Shown here piece after piece: positions 1-10,400 of a stretch of DNA of 56,668 nucleotides. The stretch is from an uncultured Flavobacteriales bacterium (GTDB taxonomy: Bacteria > Bacteroidota > Bacteroidia > AKYH767-A > 2013-40CM-41-45). The stretch covers positions 1-56,668 of the forward strand of contig CAZAON010000436.1 of assembly GCA_964486655.1 (NCBI GenBank). The letters are read 5' to 3'. The first letter of the stretch is position 1; every line of letters begins with the position of its first letter. The notes below the pieces were generated by a model. That model saw only the letters and a list, made by a program, of their open reading frames with translations, made no database searches and was not told the DNA's origin. The translations under genes and the position numbers were made by a program.

Positions 1-1493
1 AGATAACCTATAATATCGTTTATAGAAACAAAAAGTTGTGAGCCCGATTGAAAAATATCAAACAGGAAAATAACAAACATAAATGATACAGTTAATAATC
101 CGGCACGGTAAAGCAAACGTCTGTTAAGTTTAAATTCAGGAACTGCAAATACTAAAATCAAAAAAGATATACCCGCTGCAATCAGTATCGACACGCCAAT
201 GTCGACACGCCAAATAGTGATAAATACCAAAGAGCCCAGGAAGTAAAGGTATCTTACCGTAGTTTGCTTTTCATACAGAGATATAAAAGCAATTACTGTG
301 AGTGGAACCAAATTAAAATATGATGGGAGTATAAAATCAAAATAAGGATATGCTATGGCAAACCACAATCCAAGGAATCCGTCACCCGTCATTTTATAAA
401 TCATAAAATAAACGAGCACCACTACGATAACCTGTACCAAAAACCGGTAGACAAAATACCCCATTGGGTCTTGTCCGTTCAAAAACGAATACAATACTCC
501 GGGCGCAAAATCCGCCAATGTATGAGCGTTAAAGGAATCAAGAAAAGGAACCTTTCCAAATTGAAACCATTGTTGTAAAGGAAGAATGTTGTTGGCGCTT
601 TCGAAAATATCAACGTCGGCTTTAACGATCGGTGCATAATAGGCCACGCACAACATTCCCCCGAGTAACCACGGAATCCAGGAATTGAAAAAAATCTCGA
701 TCTGTGACTGGCCGGAATGTTGTCCTTTGAATTTTCGAAAATAGTACAGCGCGGTGAGAATGATTAATAATAAGCCTGACAGATATAGTGGTAATGGTGA
801 AATAAAAACACCACGCTGATTCAGTATTAAGGACACTTCTGTCGCGGCAAAAGATAAAAGCGGAATAAATACAAACGGGAAAGTTGACTTAAAAATCCTG
901 TAATTTAAACTCAATACATTGGTTGAATAAAGATATAATCCTCCCCCAACGAATAACAGTATTGATGGTAACGAAAAAAAACTTTTCAGATTTGCCAGTC
1001 GGGATAATTGCCATTGCAGGAAGAAAACACATACGGCGAGAATTACTGACCAGAGGAATGCTATGGTATAGTTCTTCTCCGTTCGTTGACGTACCCGGTG
1101 AAAAACGCTGCCAACACTAACGATTCCGGCGCAGGCCAGAATTGCATGTATGGAAGGGCGAATATCGGCTCCGAATAAACGGAAAAGCAGAAGTGTGAAT
1201 CCGGCCAAAGAAATTCCATTCAGAAGTTTCAATTCCTCTTCGGGAATAAATTTCTCGACGATAAGAGTTAATTTGGTTAAAGCAATGAGCAGAAATAAGA
1301 GGAAAAATACCGCCTTGTAAAACATAGACACCCTTGCCCCGATGTCGATACCATCGGCCGTAGCAATAGATATTGGCCTGTTCTGAAAACTGTCGAGAAC
1401 GAATTCGTTTAAACCGAATGTTTTGAATAAAATATAAAACGAGAAAAAGACCGGGATGAAAATCAGATTGCGATACGGGATATTTCCGGTCAT
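1..1493 (-). CDS. polytopic integral membrane protein, function unknown (C-terminus outside window)
   Basis: Absent from the ORF track because there is no stop in the window. My own minus-strand translation from ATG 1493-1491 (MTGNIPYRNLIFIPVFFSFYILFKTFGLNEFVLDSFQNRP...) stays open codon by codon to position 1 (>=497 codons). The sequence is dominated by hydrophobic helices. Plus-strand ORF 923..1120 is antisense to it. Confidence 0.7.
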   Translation of the reverse strand, partial: MTGNIPYRNLIFIPVFFSFYILFKTFGLNEFVLDSFQNRPISIATADGIDIGARVSMFYKAVFFLLFLLIALTKLTLIVEKFIPEEELKLLNGISLAGFTLLLFRLFGADIRPSIHAILACAGIVSVGSVFHRVRQRTEKNYTIAFLWSVILAVCVFFLQWQLSRLANLKSFFSLPSILLFVGGGLYLYSTNVLSLNYRIFKSTFPFVFIPLLSFAATEVSLILNQRGVFISPLPLYLSGLLLIILTALYYFRKFKGQHSGQSQIEIFFNSWIPWLLGGMLCVAYYAPIVKADVDIFESANNILPLQQWFQFGKVPFLDSFNAHTLADFAPGVLYSFLNGQDPMGYFVYRFLVQVIVVVLVYFMIYKMTGDGFLGLWFAIAYPYFDFILPSYFNLVPLTVIAFISLYEKQTTVRYLYFLGSLVFITIWRVDIGVSILIAAGISFLILVFAVPEFKLNRRLLYRAGLLTVSFMFVIFLFDIFQSGSQLFVSINDIIGY

Positions 1494-1776
1494 ATTAGTC
1501 TTTAGTCTAAAGTCTTTAGTCTTGAGAATGATATGACTAAAGCTTTTGAAATGATTAATTGTTGGCTAAATTCAGCTTTTATGATCAGATATTCAAGGAC
1601 GCACTTAAATTAGTCTTAAGTAATCAGACCCCTTTAACTCCCTTTGGTTTTTAAGGTGATTAAAGTGTTTTAAGCGGGCATAATTGTAAAAAATTCGGTT
1701 TCAGAGCCACATTTCTTTGGTTCCGGTACCCTAAAATGGGTAAGCAAGACTCAAGACTAAATCCTACATTTGTACC

Positions 1777-2736
1777 ATGCAGAAAACCATATTAGTCATT
1801 GGCGCCAAGGGTCAGATAGGCTCAGAGCTGGTCGAAGAATTAAGGCGAATTAACGGCGATCAAAATGTGATTGCTACTGATATTAAGATGCCTGACGACG
1901 AATTACTACACAGGGGTCCGTTTTACCAGTTAGATGTACTGGATTTCCCACGTGTAATGGAAATTGTCAGGAAACATAAAGTAAAAGAGATATATCTTCT
2001 GGCTGCCTTGCTTTCGGCAACAGCCGAACAAAAAATGAAATCGGCCTGGAGACTTAATATGGATAGTCTTCTCGGCATCTTAGAAATCTGCCGTGACGAA
2101 AAAATCAAACTATTCTGGCCTAGTTCAATAGCGGTTTTTGGAGATACAACACCCAGAATCAATACGCCTCAGTTTACCGTTATGGAACCTTCAACGGTGT
2201 ACGGAATTTCGAAACAGGCCGGCGAAAGATGGTGTGAATATTACTTTAAGAAATTCGGCGTTGATGTGAGATCGCTGCGTTATCCCGGACTAATCGGTTA
2301 CAAAACGGAACCGGGCGGCGGGACTACCGATTATGCAGTTCATATTTTTCATGAAGCGCTTCGTAAAGGAAGTTATGAATGTTTCTTAAAGAACGATGCC
2401 ATGCTTCCCATGATGTATATGCCTGATGCATTAAGGGCAACGCTGACTCTGATGGATGCCGATCCGGAAAAGGTAAAAATTCGTTCAAGCTATAATGTAG
2501 CTGCAATGAGCTTCAATCCCGAACAGCTTGCAAACGAAATCAAAAAGCATATACCCGGATTTGTAATAACATACAATCCGGACGTCAGACAACAATATGC
2601 CCAGTCATGGCCGCAAAGCATAGACGATTCACATGCCCGGAAAGACTGGAACTGGAAGCCCGAATTTGACCTTTCGGGAATGACAGAAGAAATGTTGCAG
2701 CATATTCAACATTCTCTCAACCTTTCAATAAAATAA
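1777..2736 (+). CDS. NAD-dependent epimerase/dehydratase-fold SDR, L-threonine 3-dehydrogenase-like
   Basis: 319-aa ORF with Rossmann motif VIGAKGQIGSEL and SDR catalytic YGISK (YxxxK). Overall it resembles the extended-SDR type threonine dehydrogenases. Assigned from memory, not searched. Confidence 0.6.
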   Translation: MQKTILVIGAKGQIGSELVEELRRINGDQNVIATDIKMPDDELLHRGPFYQLDVLDFPRVMEIVRKHKVKEIYLLAALLSATAEQKMKSAWRLNMDSLLGILEICRDEKIKLFWPSSIAVFGDTTPRINTPQFTVMEPSTVYGISKQAGERWCEYYFKKFGVDVRSLRYPGLIGYKTEPGGGTTDYAVHIFHEALRKGSYECFLKNDAMLPMMYMPDALRATLTLMDADPEKVKIRSSYNVAAMSFNPEQLANEIKKHIPGFVITYNPDVRQQYAQSWPQSIDDSHARKDWNWKPEFDLSGMTEEMLQHIQHSLNLSIK

Positions 2737-2754
2737 ACGTAGTAATTTCATTGA

Positions 2755-2795
2755 AAAAGAATCAGGCCCGAAATGGTTACGATTCTTTTATGTTA
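2755..2795 (+). terminator. weak stem-loop after tdh-like gene
   Basis: aaaagaatc (2755-2763) pairs with gattctttt (2781-2789) across a 17-nt loop, followed by a T-rich tail. Confidence 0.35.
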
Positions 2796-2810
2796 AAAGA
2801 TCCAACGTAA

Positions 2811-4283
2811 ATGCAACCCCTTCATCTCTATAATTCACTTACCCGCAAGAAAGATTTATTCGTGCCGCTTGTTGAAGGCTATGCGGGCATGTATCAATGC
2901 GGTCCGACCGTTTATGGCCCACCGCATCTTGGCCACTCAAGACCTGCAATCGTATTTGATATCCTTTACCGCTACCTCATGCACATCGGATACAGAGTTC
3001 GATTCGTAAGAAACATCACCGATGTTGGTCATCTCGAAAACGATGCAGATGAAGGCGAAGATAAAATCGCAAAGAAGGCGCGTATTGAAAAATTAGAGCC
3101 GATGGAGATTGCCCAGTTGTACACGAATCTCTATCATGAGGCAATCAGCAAACTGAATACATTATCACCAAGTATTGAACCACATGCAACCGGTCACATC
3201 ATCGAGCAAATAGCGATGATTGAAAAAATTATTGAGCATGGTTTCGCTTATGTCGTGAATGGTTCGGTTTATTTTGACGTATTAAAATACAATGCCTCTC
3301 ACAACTACGGCAAACTGAGCGGAAGGGTGATTGACGAACTGATCGCCGGAGCGGGCAATGAAAGACGGGAACTTGAAGGTCAGGACGAGAAGCGCAATCC
3401 GGTTGACTTCGCGCTGTGGAAAAAAGCGGCACCTGAACATATCATGCACTGGCCTTCGTCATGGAGTGATGGTTTCCCGGGTTGGCATATAGAATGCTCG
3501 GCAATGAGCGGAAAATATCTGGGTGAAACCTTTGATATACATGTAGGCGGAATGGACTTACTTTTCCCTCACCATGAATGTGAAATTGCACAGAGTGTGG
3601 CTGCGACTGGAAAAGATCCTGTTCGTTACTGGTTGCATAATAACATGATTACCATCAACGGACAGAAGATGGGTAAGTCTCTTGGCAACTTTATTAACCT
3701 GGAAGAGCTTTACAACGGAACTCATAAGCTGCTCGAACAGGCATACAGTCCGATGACGATTCGCTTTTTCGTATTGCAGGCTCATTACAGAAGTCCGCTC
3801 GATTTCAGCAACGAAGGACTTAAAGCGGCGGAGAAAGGTTTGAAAAAATTAATGAATGCAAACGAATTGCTTGATAAGCTCGAAGCATCATCTGTTTCTA
3901 CCAGCGATATACCTGCATTAAAGCAGTCCTGCTATGATGCAATGAATGATGACTTGAATTCGGCCATTGTAATCGCACATTTGTTTGAAGGAGTCAGAAT
4001 AATTAATTCTGTCAAAGCAGGCACAGAAACTATTTCTGCACCTGATCTTGAATTGCTGCGAAAATTCTTCAGGGATTTTACGCAGGATATTTTAGGGTTT
4101 AAGAGTGAAGAATCGGACAGCGGAGATGATGTTGGGAATCTTATGTCATTAATACTTGACATTAGAAATAATGCAAAACAGAAAAAAGATTTCTCGACGT
4201 CGGATCAGATCAGGGATACTCTGAGTAATTATGGTTTCCAGATTAAGGACGGGAAAGATGGTACAAGCTGGACGAAGAATTAA
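2811..4283 (+). CDS. cysS: cysteine--tRNA ligase
   Basis: 490 aa with the class I HIGH motif (PPHLGHSR), the KMSKS motif (QKMGKSLGN), and the CGPTVY, HIECS and HHECE segments typical of CysRS. Confidence 0.93.
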   Translation: MQPLHLYNSLTRKKDLFVPLVEGYAGMYQCGPTVYGPPHLGHSRPAIVFDILYRYLMHIGYRVRFVRNITDVGHLENDADEGEDKIAKKARIEKLEPMEIAQLYTNLYHEAISKLNTLSPSIEPHATGHIIEQIAMIEKIIEHGFAYVVNGSVYFDVLKYNASHNYGKLSGRVIDELIAGAGNERRELEGQDEKRNPVDFALWKKAAPEHIMHWPSSWSDGFPGWHIECSAMSGKYLGETFDIHVGGMDLLFPHHECEIAQSVAATGKDPVRYWLHNNMITINGQKMGKSLGNFINLEELYNGTHKLLEQAYSPMTIRFFVLQAHYRSPLDFSNEGLKAAEKGLKKLMNANELLDKLEASSVSTSDIPALKQSCYDAMNDDLNSAIVIAHLFEGVRIINSVKAGTETISAPDLELLRKFFRDFTQDILGFKSEESDSGDDVGNLMSLILDIRNNAKQKKDFSTSDQIRDTLSNYGFQIKDGKDGTSWTKN

Positions 4284-4298
4284 AGGTGATTTTATAAA

Positions 4299-4439
4299 AT
4301 AATCTCTCGCAAGGGCGCAAAGACAAATTGTATTCTGTAAAATACTTTGTGTGGGAAAATAAATCTCTCGCAATGGCGCAAGGGCGCAAAGATGATAGGG
4401 TGCAAAGACAAATTGTATTCTGTAAATTACTTTGTGTGG
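4299..4439. repeat. two direct copies of a ~55-bp intergenic element (second copy has a 26-nt internal expansion)
   Basis: Copy 1 (4299-4354) is ataatctctcgcaagggcgcaaagacaaattgtattctgtaaaatactttgtgtgg. Copy 2 (4359-4439) is ataaatctctcgcaatggcgcaagggcgcaaagatgatagggtgcaaagacaaattgtattctgtaaattactttgtgtgg. The 37-bp 3' core differs at 1 position. Confidence 0.85.
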
Positions 4440-4464
4440 TAAAAAAATCCATCAATCAACCAAA

Positions 4465-5442
4465 ATGAAAAAATACTTTTCAATAACATTCCTATTCATT
4501 ACTGTCATTCTGTTTTCATGTGGCGAAAAGAAACCGCAAAAACAATCACAACCTGAAGTTAAGCGTCCTGTTCTACCCGAATTCAATGCAGACTCGGCCT
4601 ATGCATATGTAAAAGCACAATGCGATTTCGGTCCGCGTGTACCGAATACACCTGCACATGTCGCATGCGGCGATTATCTGATCGGCAAGATGAAAGAATG
4701 GTCAGACACCGTTTACGTACAAAGCGGAATAGTAAATGCATATGACGGAACAAAATTAAAATTCAGAAATATCATCGCTTCATTCAATCCGTCAAACAAA
4801 AGACGAATTCTACTCTTCGCACATTGGGATACGCGTCCCTGGGCCGATCAGGATAAAGTGAATCCGGAACAACCGCCGTTGGGAGCCGATGATGGTGCAA
4901 GCGGAGTAGGTATACTCATGGAAATTGCCCGTCAATTACAAAAGTCTAAACCAGGCATTGGAATTGACATTGCTTTTTTTGATGCGGAAGACTACGGAAT
5001 GAAGGGTGGAGGTCAGGGCTCGGAAGATTCATACGCGCTGGGAACTCAGTACTGGGCAAAGAACCTGCATGTTCCTGGATATTCGGCTGATTATGGAATA
5101 TTACTTGACATGGTAGGTGGTCGTAACGCCCAATTCAGAAAAGAAGGTTTGTCAAGATCAGAAGCGGGTTTCGTCGTTGACAAAGTATGGCAGTATGCAA
5201 GTCAGCTGGGATATAGCGGATATTTTTTATTCGAAGATGGCGGCTGGGTAACAGATGATCACGTCTATGTGAACCGGATGAATATACCTTCAATAGATAT
5301 AATCAATTCAGATCTGGGAACAAGAAGTGGATTTATTCCTCACTGGCATACGCACGATGATGATATGGATGTTATCGATCGTAATACTTTGAGGGCAGTG
5401 GGACAAACACTGTTGGCTGTGGTATTTTGGGAAAACGTTTAA
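4465..5442 (+). CDS. M28-family lipoprotein, glutaminyl-peptide cyclotransferase-like
   Basis: The track ORF starts at 4432. ATG 4465 gives the lipoprotein signal MKKYFSITFLFITVILFSC. HWDTRPWAD, DDGASGVG, FFDAEDYG and HTHDD match M28/glutaminyl-cyclase metal-site motifs. Confidence 0.65.
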   Translation: MKKYFSITFLFITVILFSCGEKKPQKQSQPEVKRPVLPEFNADSAYAYVKAQCDFGPRVPNTPAHVACGDYLIGKMKEWSDTVYVQSGIVNAYDGTKLKFRNIIASFNPSNKRRILLFAHWDTRPWADQDKVNPEQPPLGADDGASGVGILMEIARQLQKSKPGIGIDIAFFDAEDYGMKGGGQGSEDSYALGTQYWAKNLHVPGYSADYGILLDMVGGRNAQFRKEGLSRSEAGFVVDKVWQYASQLGYSGYFLFEDGGWVTDDHVYVNRMNIPSIDIINSDLGTRSGFIPHWHTHDDDMDVIDRNTLRAVGQTLLAVVFWENV

Positions 5443-5445
5443 TTC

Positions 5446-5538
5446 AATTACGAATTACGGATTACGAATTACGAATACTTGTCGTGAGCCTGTCGAACCT
5501 TTAACTATTCGTAATTCGTAATTTGTCATTCGTAATTC
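5446..5538. terminator. long hairpin built from TTACGAA-type repeats between convergent genes (probable bidirectional terminator)
   Basis: The perfect 17-bp stem attacgaattacgaata (5461-5477) pairs with tattcgtaattcgtaat (5506-5522) across a 28-nt loop. Both arms extend as degenerate attacga repeats. The right arm overlaps the stop of the minus-strand gene at 5526. Confidence 0.7.
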
Positions 5539-7295
5539 TTTTCCCATCTTTCCATCTTCCTCTCAAACACATCCATCGGCAAACAACCGTCTTTAAGAAC
5601 TTCGTCATGAAAAGATTTGATTGAAAATTTGTCTCCGAGTTTTTCCTGCGCACGTTTACGGATTTCTAAAATTTTCAACTGTCCGATTTTGTAGGCAAGA
5701 GCCTGTCCCGGAATAGCCATGTAACGCTCGATCTCTCCGGTTACTTCACTTTCACTTTCGGCTTCATTATCTGTTGAAAATTTAATTGCTTGTTCACGCG
5801 TCCAGCCCTTCAAATGCATGCCTACATCAACCACAAGTCGAATGGCGCGATGCATCTCTTCGCTGAGACTTCCGAAGTACTGATAAGGATCTTTGTATAG
5901 TCCGAGTTCCTTTCCCAACGACTCCGTATACAATGCCCATCCTTCACCATAAGCGCCATACCATCCAAAGCGTCTGAATTTCGGAAGCGAATCATTTTCC
6001 TGCTGAATGGAAATCTGATAGTGGTGGCCCGGAATGGCCTCATGCAAAAACAGATCTTCCATGCTGACAGTATTAAATTTTGTGGCGTCGATAACGGGAA
6101 CATAAAAAATTCCCGGACGGGAACCATCGGGTGCAGCCTGGTTATATTCGGCGCTGGCAGATGCCTCGCGGAATTCTTCCGTCTGACGAATTTCGAATTT
6201 TGATTTAGGAACAAGGTTAAACAACTCTTTTAACTGCGGCTGCATACGTGCTTCAATGGCCTTATACCCGTTGATGACGTCACTGTCATTCTTATAAGGC
6301 ATGAATTGTTTATCAGTGTGAATGAAATGAAAGAACTCCTTCAGGTCACCTTTAAAATTTGTTTCACGCATCACTCTTTCCATTTCAGAACGGATTCTCG
6401 CAACTTCCTTCTGACCTGTTTCAAAAATCTGATCAGGCGTCATGTCTGTTGTTGTCCATACTTTGACAAGGTGATTATAGTATTCTTTGCCGTATGGTAT
6501 TTCGGAAATGCCGGCTGACTCTCTGCAATGAGGAATGTATTCGTCTTTTATAAAGTCATACAGTTTTTGATATGCCGGTACGATTTCGTTTGTAATAGCT
6601 GCAGAATATCGCTCGGTGAAATCCTTTTTCTCCTCATCGGTAAAGCTTGCCGGAAAATTTTTGAGCGGACCATAGAACACACTTTCTTTCGGATCAGAAA
6701 CGATAATTCCTTTTAACTGGGGCAACACTCTTTCCATCAATATGGCAGGCATCACAATTCCTTCTTTAATTCCCTGTTTCATGTTCGCGATCACAGCATC
6801 GTTGTAGATGACATAATCACTTATCCTCTTTAGAAAATCGTTATAGTCCTTTACGGTTTTGAACGGCTGATTACCGCTGCCCGAACCAAGCATTGGAAAT
6901 GTAATGTGCATGCTCCAGAACTGGTTTACGGGCAGGAGATGATCCTTAAACTTCAATCCTTCCAGCTGTATTTCCATTTCACGCTTGAAAACATCATAGC
7001 TGATCCGCTCTTGCTCACTGATCAGTTTAACATCTACCGCGGAAATCTCATCAAGATATTTCTGATAAAACTTCTTCAGTTTTTCGCGATAGGCATCCGT
7101 AATATCTGCCGGTAAACGATCATTATACCGGGGGTCGGCAATCGTTGTTGCTTCGAGAGGGAAATACTGAAGACGCTCCTCGTAATAAGCGTCCACAATT
7201 GAATTAACATTCTTCATCGAACTTTCTTCTGACTTTTTTGTGTTACAGGAAAAAATTAAAAGTACGGAGAATGCAAGTAGTATATTCTTCATCAA
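5526..7295 (-). CDS. DUF885-family lipoprotein (metallopeptidase-like)
   Basis: 589 aa with lipoprotein signal MMKNILLAFSVLLIFSC. The HEAIPGHHYQ motif and the length are typical of DUF885. Confidence 0.75.
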   Translation of the reverse strand: MMKNILLAFSVLLIFSCNTKKSEESSMKNVNSIVDAYYEERLQYFPLEATTIADPRYNDRLPADITDAYREKLKKFYQKYLDEISAVDVKLISEQERISYDVFKREMEIQLEGLKFKDHLLPVNQFWSMHITFPMLGSGSGNQPFKTVKDYNDFLKRISDYVIYNDAVIANMKQGIKEGIVMPAILMERVLPQLKGIIVSDPKESVFYGPLKNFPASFTDEEKKDFTERYSAAITNEIVPAYQKLYDFIKDEYIPHCRESAGISEIPYGKEYYNHLVKVWTTTDMTPDQIFETGQKEVARIRSEMERVMRETNFKGDLKEFFHFIHTDKQFMPYKNDSDVINGYKAIEARMQPQLKELFNLVPKSKFEIRQTEEFREASASAEYNQAAPDGSRPGIFYVPVIDATKFNTVSMEDLFLHEAIPGHHYQISIQQENDSLPKFRRFGWYGAYGEGWALYTESLGKELGLYKDPYQYFGSLSEEMHRAIRLVVDVGMHLKGWTREQAIKFSTDNEAESESEVTGEIERYMAIPGQALAYKIGQLKILEIRKRAQEKLGDKFSIKSFHDEVLKDGCLPMDVFERKMERWEKNYE

Positions 7296-7365
7296 TAGCT
7301 GTTTTGTACAATGTTAAAAGGTAATTTGAACAATGAAAAGAACTTTAAAAACTTTAGGAAAGATT

Positions 7366-7400
7366 TAACAAAAAAGCCGGAAGAACTGAATCTTCCGGCT
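7366..7400 (-). terminator. rho-independent terminator of the NIDO/PKD gene
   Basis: agccggaaga (7375-7384) pairs with tcttccggct (7391-7400). On the minus strand the stem is followed by TTTTTTG. Confidence 0.75.
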
Positions 7401-7424
7401 TTCGGATAATTTTAATCCTATATA

Positions 7425-10400
7425 TCAATAAACGACGGAAACATCGCCTACATAGGTATGCTCAAGGCCATGAAGGTCTTTCAGCACGATACGATAAACA
7501 TAGGTGTCAGTTTGAATCGGACCGGAAGAAAGTTTGCCATCCCATGGATGATCATAATTGTTTGTCTTGAAAACCAATTCACCCCAGCGGTTATAAATAT
7601 TCATCGAATAAGATTCAATTGCTACTCCATAACCACGGAAATAGTCATTTACACCATCGCCGTTCGGACTAAATGCGCTTGGGATATAGAAAGAGAAATT
7701 TTCTTCCACTTCAACAGTTCCTCTTACGGTGTCAACACAGCCATTCGGTGAAATAACCATTAGCGTAACCTGGTAAACACCAACCTTGCCATAAGTATGG
7801 TTCGGACTCCAGTCAGTCGAGAAGAGCGATGAGTCGCCAAAATCCCACTGATAGGTTAAAACATTTGTAGAGTTGTTTTGGAACTGAATAATTGGAGCAA
7901 GAATATTTGCAACAGGCGGACTAGGAACAAAGTTCGCATTCGCGTCTGCAAATACTGTAATCAGATTAGGGTAAATGGTGTCTAAAGTACACCCATGATT
8001 TGTGACTGCAGTGAGTCCAACAGTGTAAACGCCGGCCGTGTTATAGGTATACAAAGGATCTGTAACTCCATCGGTGCCACCATCTCCGAAGCTCCAGTGA
8101 TATGAATTACCATTACCAGGAGTGAGATTGCTAAATGGAACGGAAAGTGGTCGGCAGCCGTCTAATACCAGTGGTTCGAAATCAGGAGCAGGCATTTCAT
8201 AAATGGTAACGCTGTCGACAAATGGCTGTGCCGGACAACCGCTGTAATCAGCCGTAAGCTGTACCGGATATGTTCCTACGGCGGAATAAACGACATTCAC
8301 ATTTTGCGTATTAGCTGACAGAATATTTGATGGGCCGCTAAACTGCCAGTTGTAATTTATTCCTGTACTAAGATTTGTAAATGCATTAATGTTGAAATTA
8401 TTGTTATCAATACACTGTCCCGGAACTTTTGGAAATCCGACAACAGGAACCGGATGAACCTGAACAGTTACTGTATCTGAATTTACGCAACCATTAGCAT
8501 CGGTAACAGTTAAGTAATAATCCTGAATTGCCTCGGAGTTTGATAAATTCTGAATTGTGGCAGTCGGATCGCTAACTCCCGGATTCGACAAGTCTTGTGA
8601 AGGTGACCAGTGATATTGAAAACCAGGAGTTGTTATATCGCCAAGTTGAACAGTTACACCCGAACAGACAATCTGATTTGAACCGGCATAAACAACCGGC
8701 AACGGATTAACGGTAGCAAACAAATCGGTCTGAGGAGAAACACAGCCATTCTCAGTAACGGTAAGAGATATCATGTAACTTCCCTGTGTGCTCCATGATA
8801 AAGAGTATGGGCCCTGACCGCTTCCTGATAAAACACTTGCTGACCCGAACGTCCAGTTGTAAGTTGCGTTCGCCGCAGCTGAACCGTTATATGAAATTCC
8901 AACAGGCTGATCAATACAGGCGTCATTGTTTACGGCAAATAAAGATGTTGGTATCGGATTAACTAAAACATCGACAAGTGATGTAGCCGAACAGCTGTTT
9001 TCGGTAACCGAAAGTTGAACCTGATATTGTCCCGGTGAAACCCACTGTAAATCATATGGACCGGAACCTGAACCTGATAAAACAGAAGCGCTTCCGAAAT
9101 TCCAATTAAAGGCCGCTCCTGCACCTGCAACACCGGTAAAATTGACACTTCCTGTTTCACCGACACATAATGCCGGTACTGCGGTAATGCTGACAACAGG
9201 AATATCAGTAATTGCAACAGGTAATCCGGATTGAACTGAAGTACATCCGTTTTCAGTAACAGTTAAAGTGATGTTGAAATTTCCGCCCGCGTTCCAGCTT
9301 ACTGAATAAGGTCCCTGGCCTGATCCTGAATTAACAGCTGCGCCATTAAAGTCCCAGTTATAAGTTGCGCCGGCACCGGCTGTACCGGTGAAATTAACGA
9401 CAAGAGAATCATTCGCGCATGCTGCGGGAGGAACTGTAAACGTTGAAGTCGGAATAGGATTTACAACAACAGCAATTGATGTTGTATCACTGCAACCGTT
9501 TTCATCAACGATTAAAGTTATCTGGTCGTTTACAACTGAGTTGTATTGCAATTGATACGGACCGCTTCCTGAGCCTGATACAACAGTAGCGGAACCGAAA
9601 GTCCAGGTATAATTTGCCATAGCGCCTGCAGTACCGTTGAAGCTGACATTTGAATTATCTCCCACACACAATGGCGCAACAGGGGTAATGGATGCGGCCG
9701 GTATCGGATAAACCGTTACAGGTACAACAACTGCAGAAGAACAAGTAGGTTCGGTAACATCGAGAGAAACATTGTATGTTCCGGCAGAAGGCCAGCTAAC
9801 AGAATATGGTCCCGGACCGGATCCGGATAAAATTGTTCCTCCGTTAAAATCCCATGTGAAGACTGCGCCCGGTCCGGCTACACTGGTAAACGTAATTGTT
9901 GACGGATCACCATCACAAGGATTTGTAACAGTAAAAGTGGCAGGTGTACAGGTCGTAACAATAATTTGCTCTGTATATGTTGTGGTACAACCGTTAGGAT
10001 ATGTGACAGAAAGAACGGCATTAAATGTTCCCGCATTCGCATAATTGTGCAGCGCGTTTGTAGAAACAGAAGGCGCGGAACCATCACCGAAATCCCATGT
10101 ATAGATGGCACCTGCTACGACAGGCGAAGTATTGGTAAATGTGACAACTGTATTTGCCTGAATCGGCGACAAAGGCGAGTAGGTATAACTCGGCAATGGT
10201 GCCGGCATGATTTCGACGACAAAAATATTCGAAGTTGCCGCCGCAGGTGTACCGTTATCCGTCGCGGTCACTGCAAGAGTATGATAACCTAAATTGGAAG
10301 CCGAGCCGATGATCTGAAGAACGAGCGTTGCCGTATTGCCGGGCGTATTTGAAACAACGGAAACACCGGTAAATCCGGGCGAGAACCATGTAATGGTAGT

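Noticed and set aside
923-1120. The plus-strand ORF 923..1120, and numerous 60-140-aa ORFs nested antisense in long genes (e.g. 1923..2162, 5822..6214, 9772..10292, 16148..16540, 16596..17012, 25236..25583, 38699..39001, 39255..39632, 40995..41300, 44817..45257).
   Set aside because: Each lies fully inside a longer ORF with clear family motifs on the other strand or in another frame. None shows a motif of its own.
4149-4455. ORFs 4149..4373(-) and 4243..4455(-), and ORFs 30963..31286(+) and 31003..31239(+).
   Set aside because: They span intergenic repeat elements or the ends of real genes on the opposite strand. They have no signal, domain or conserved-looking motif.
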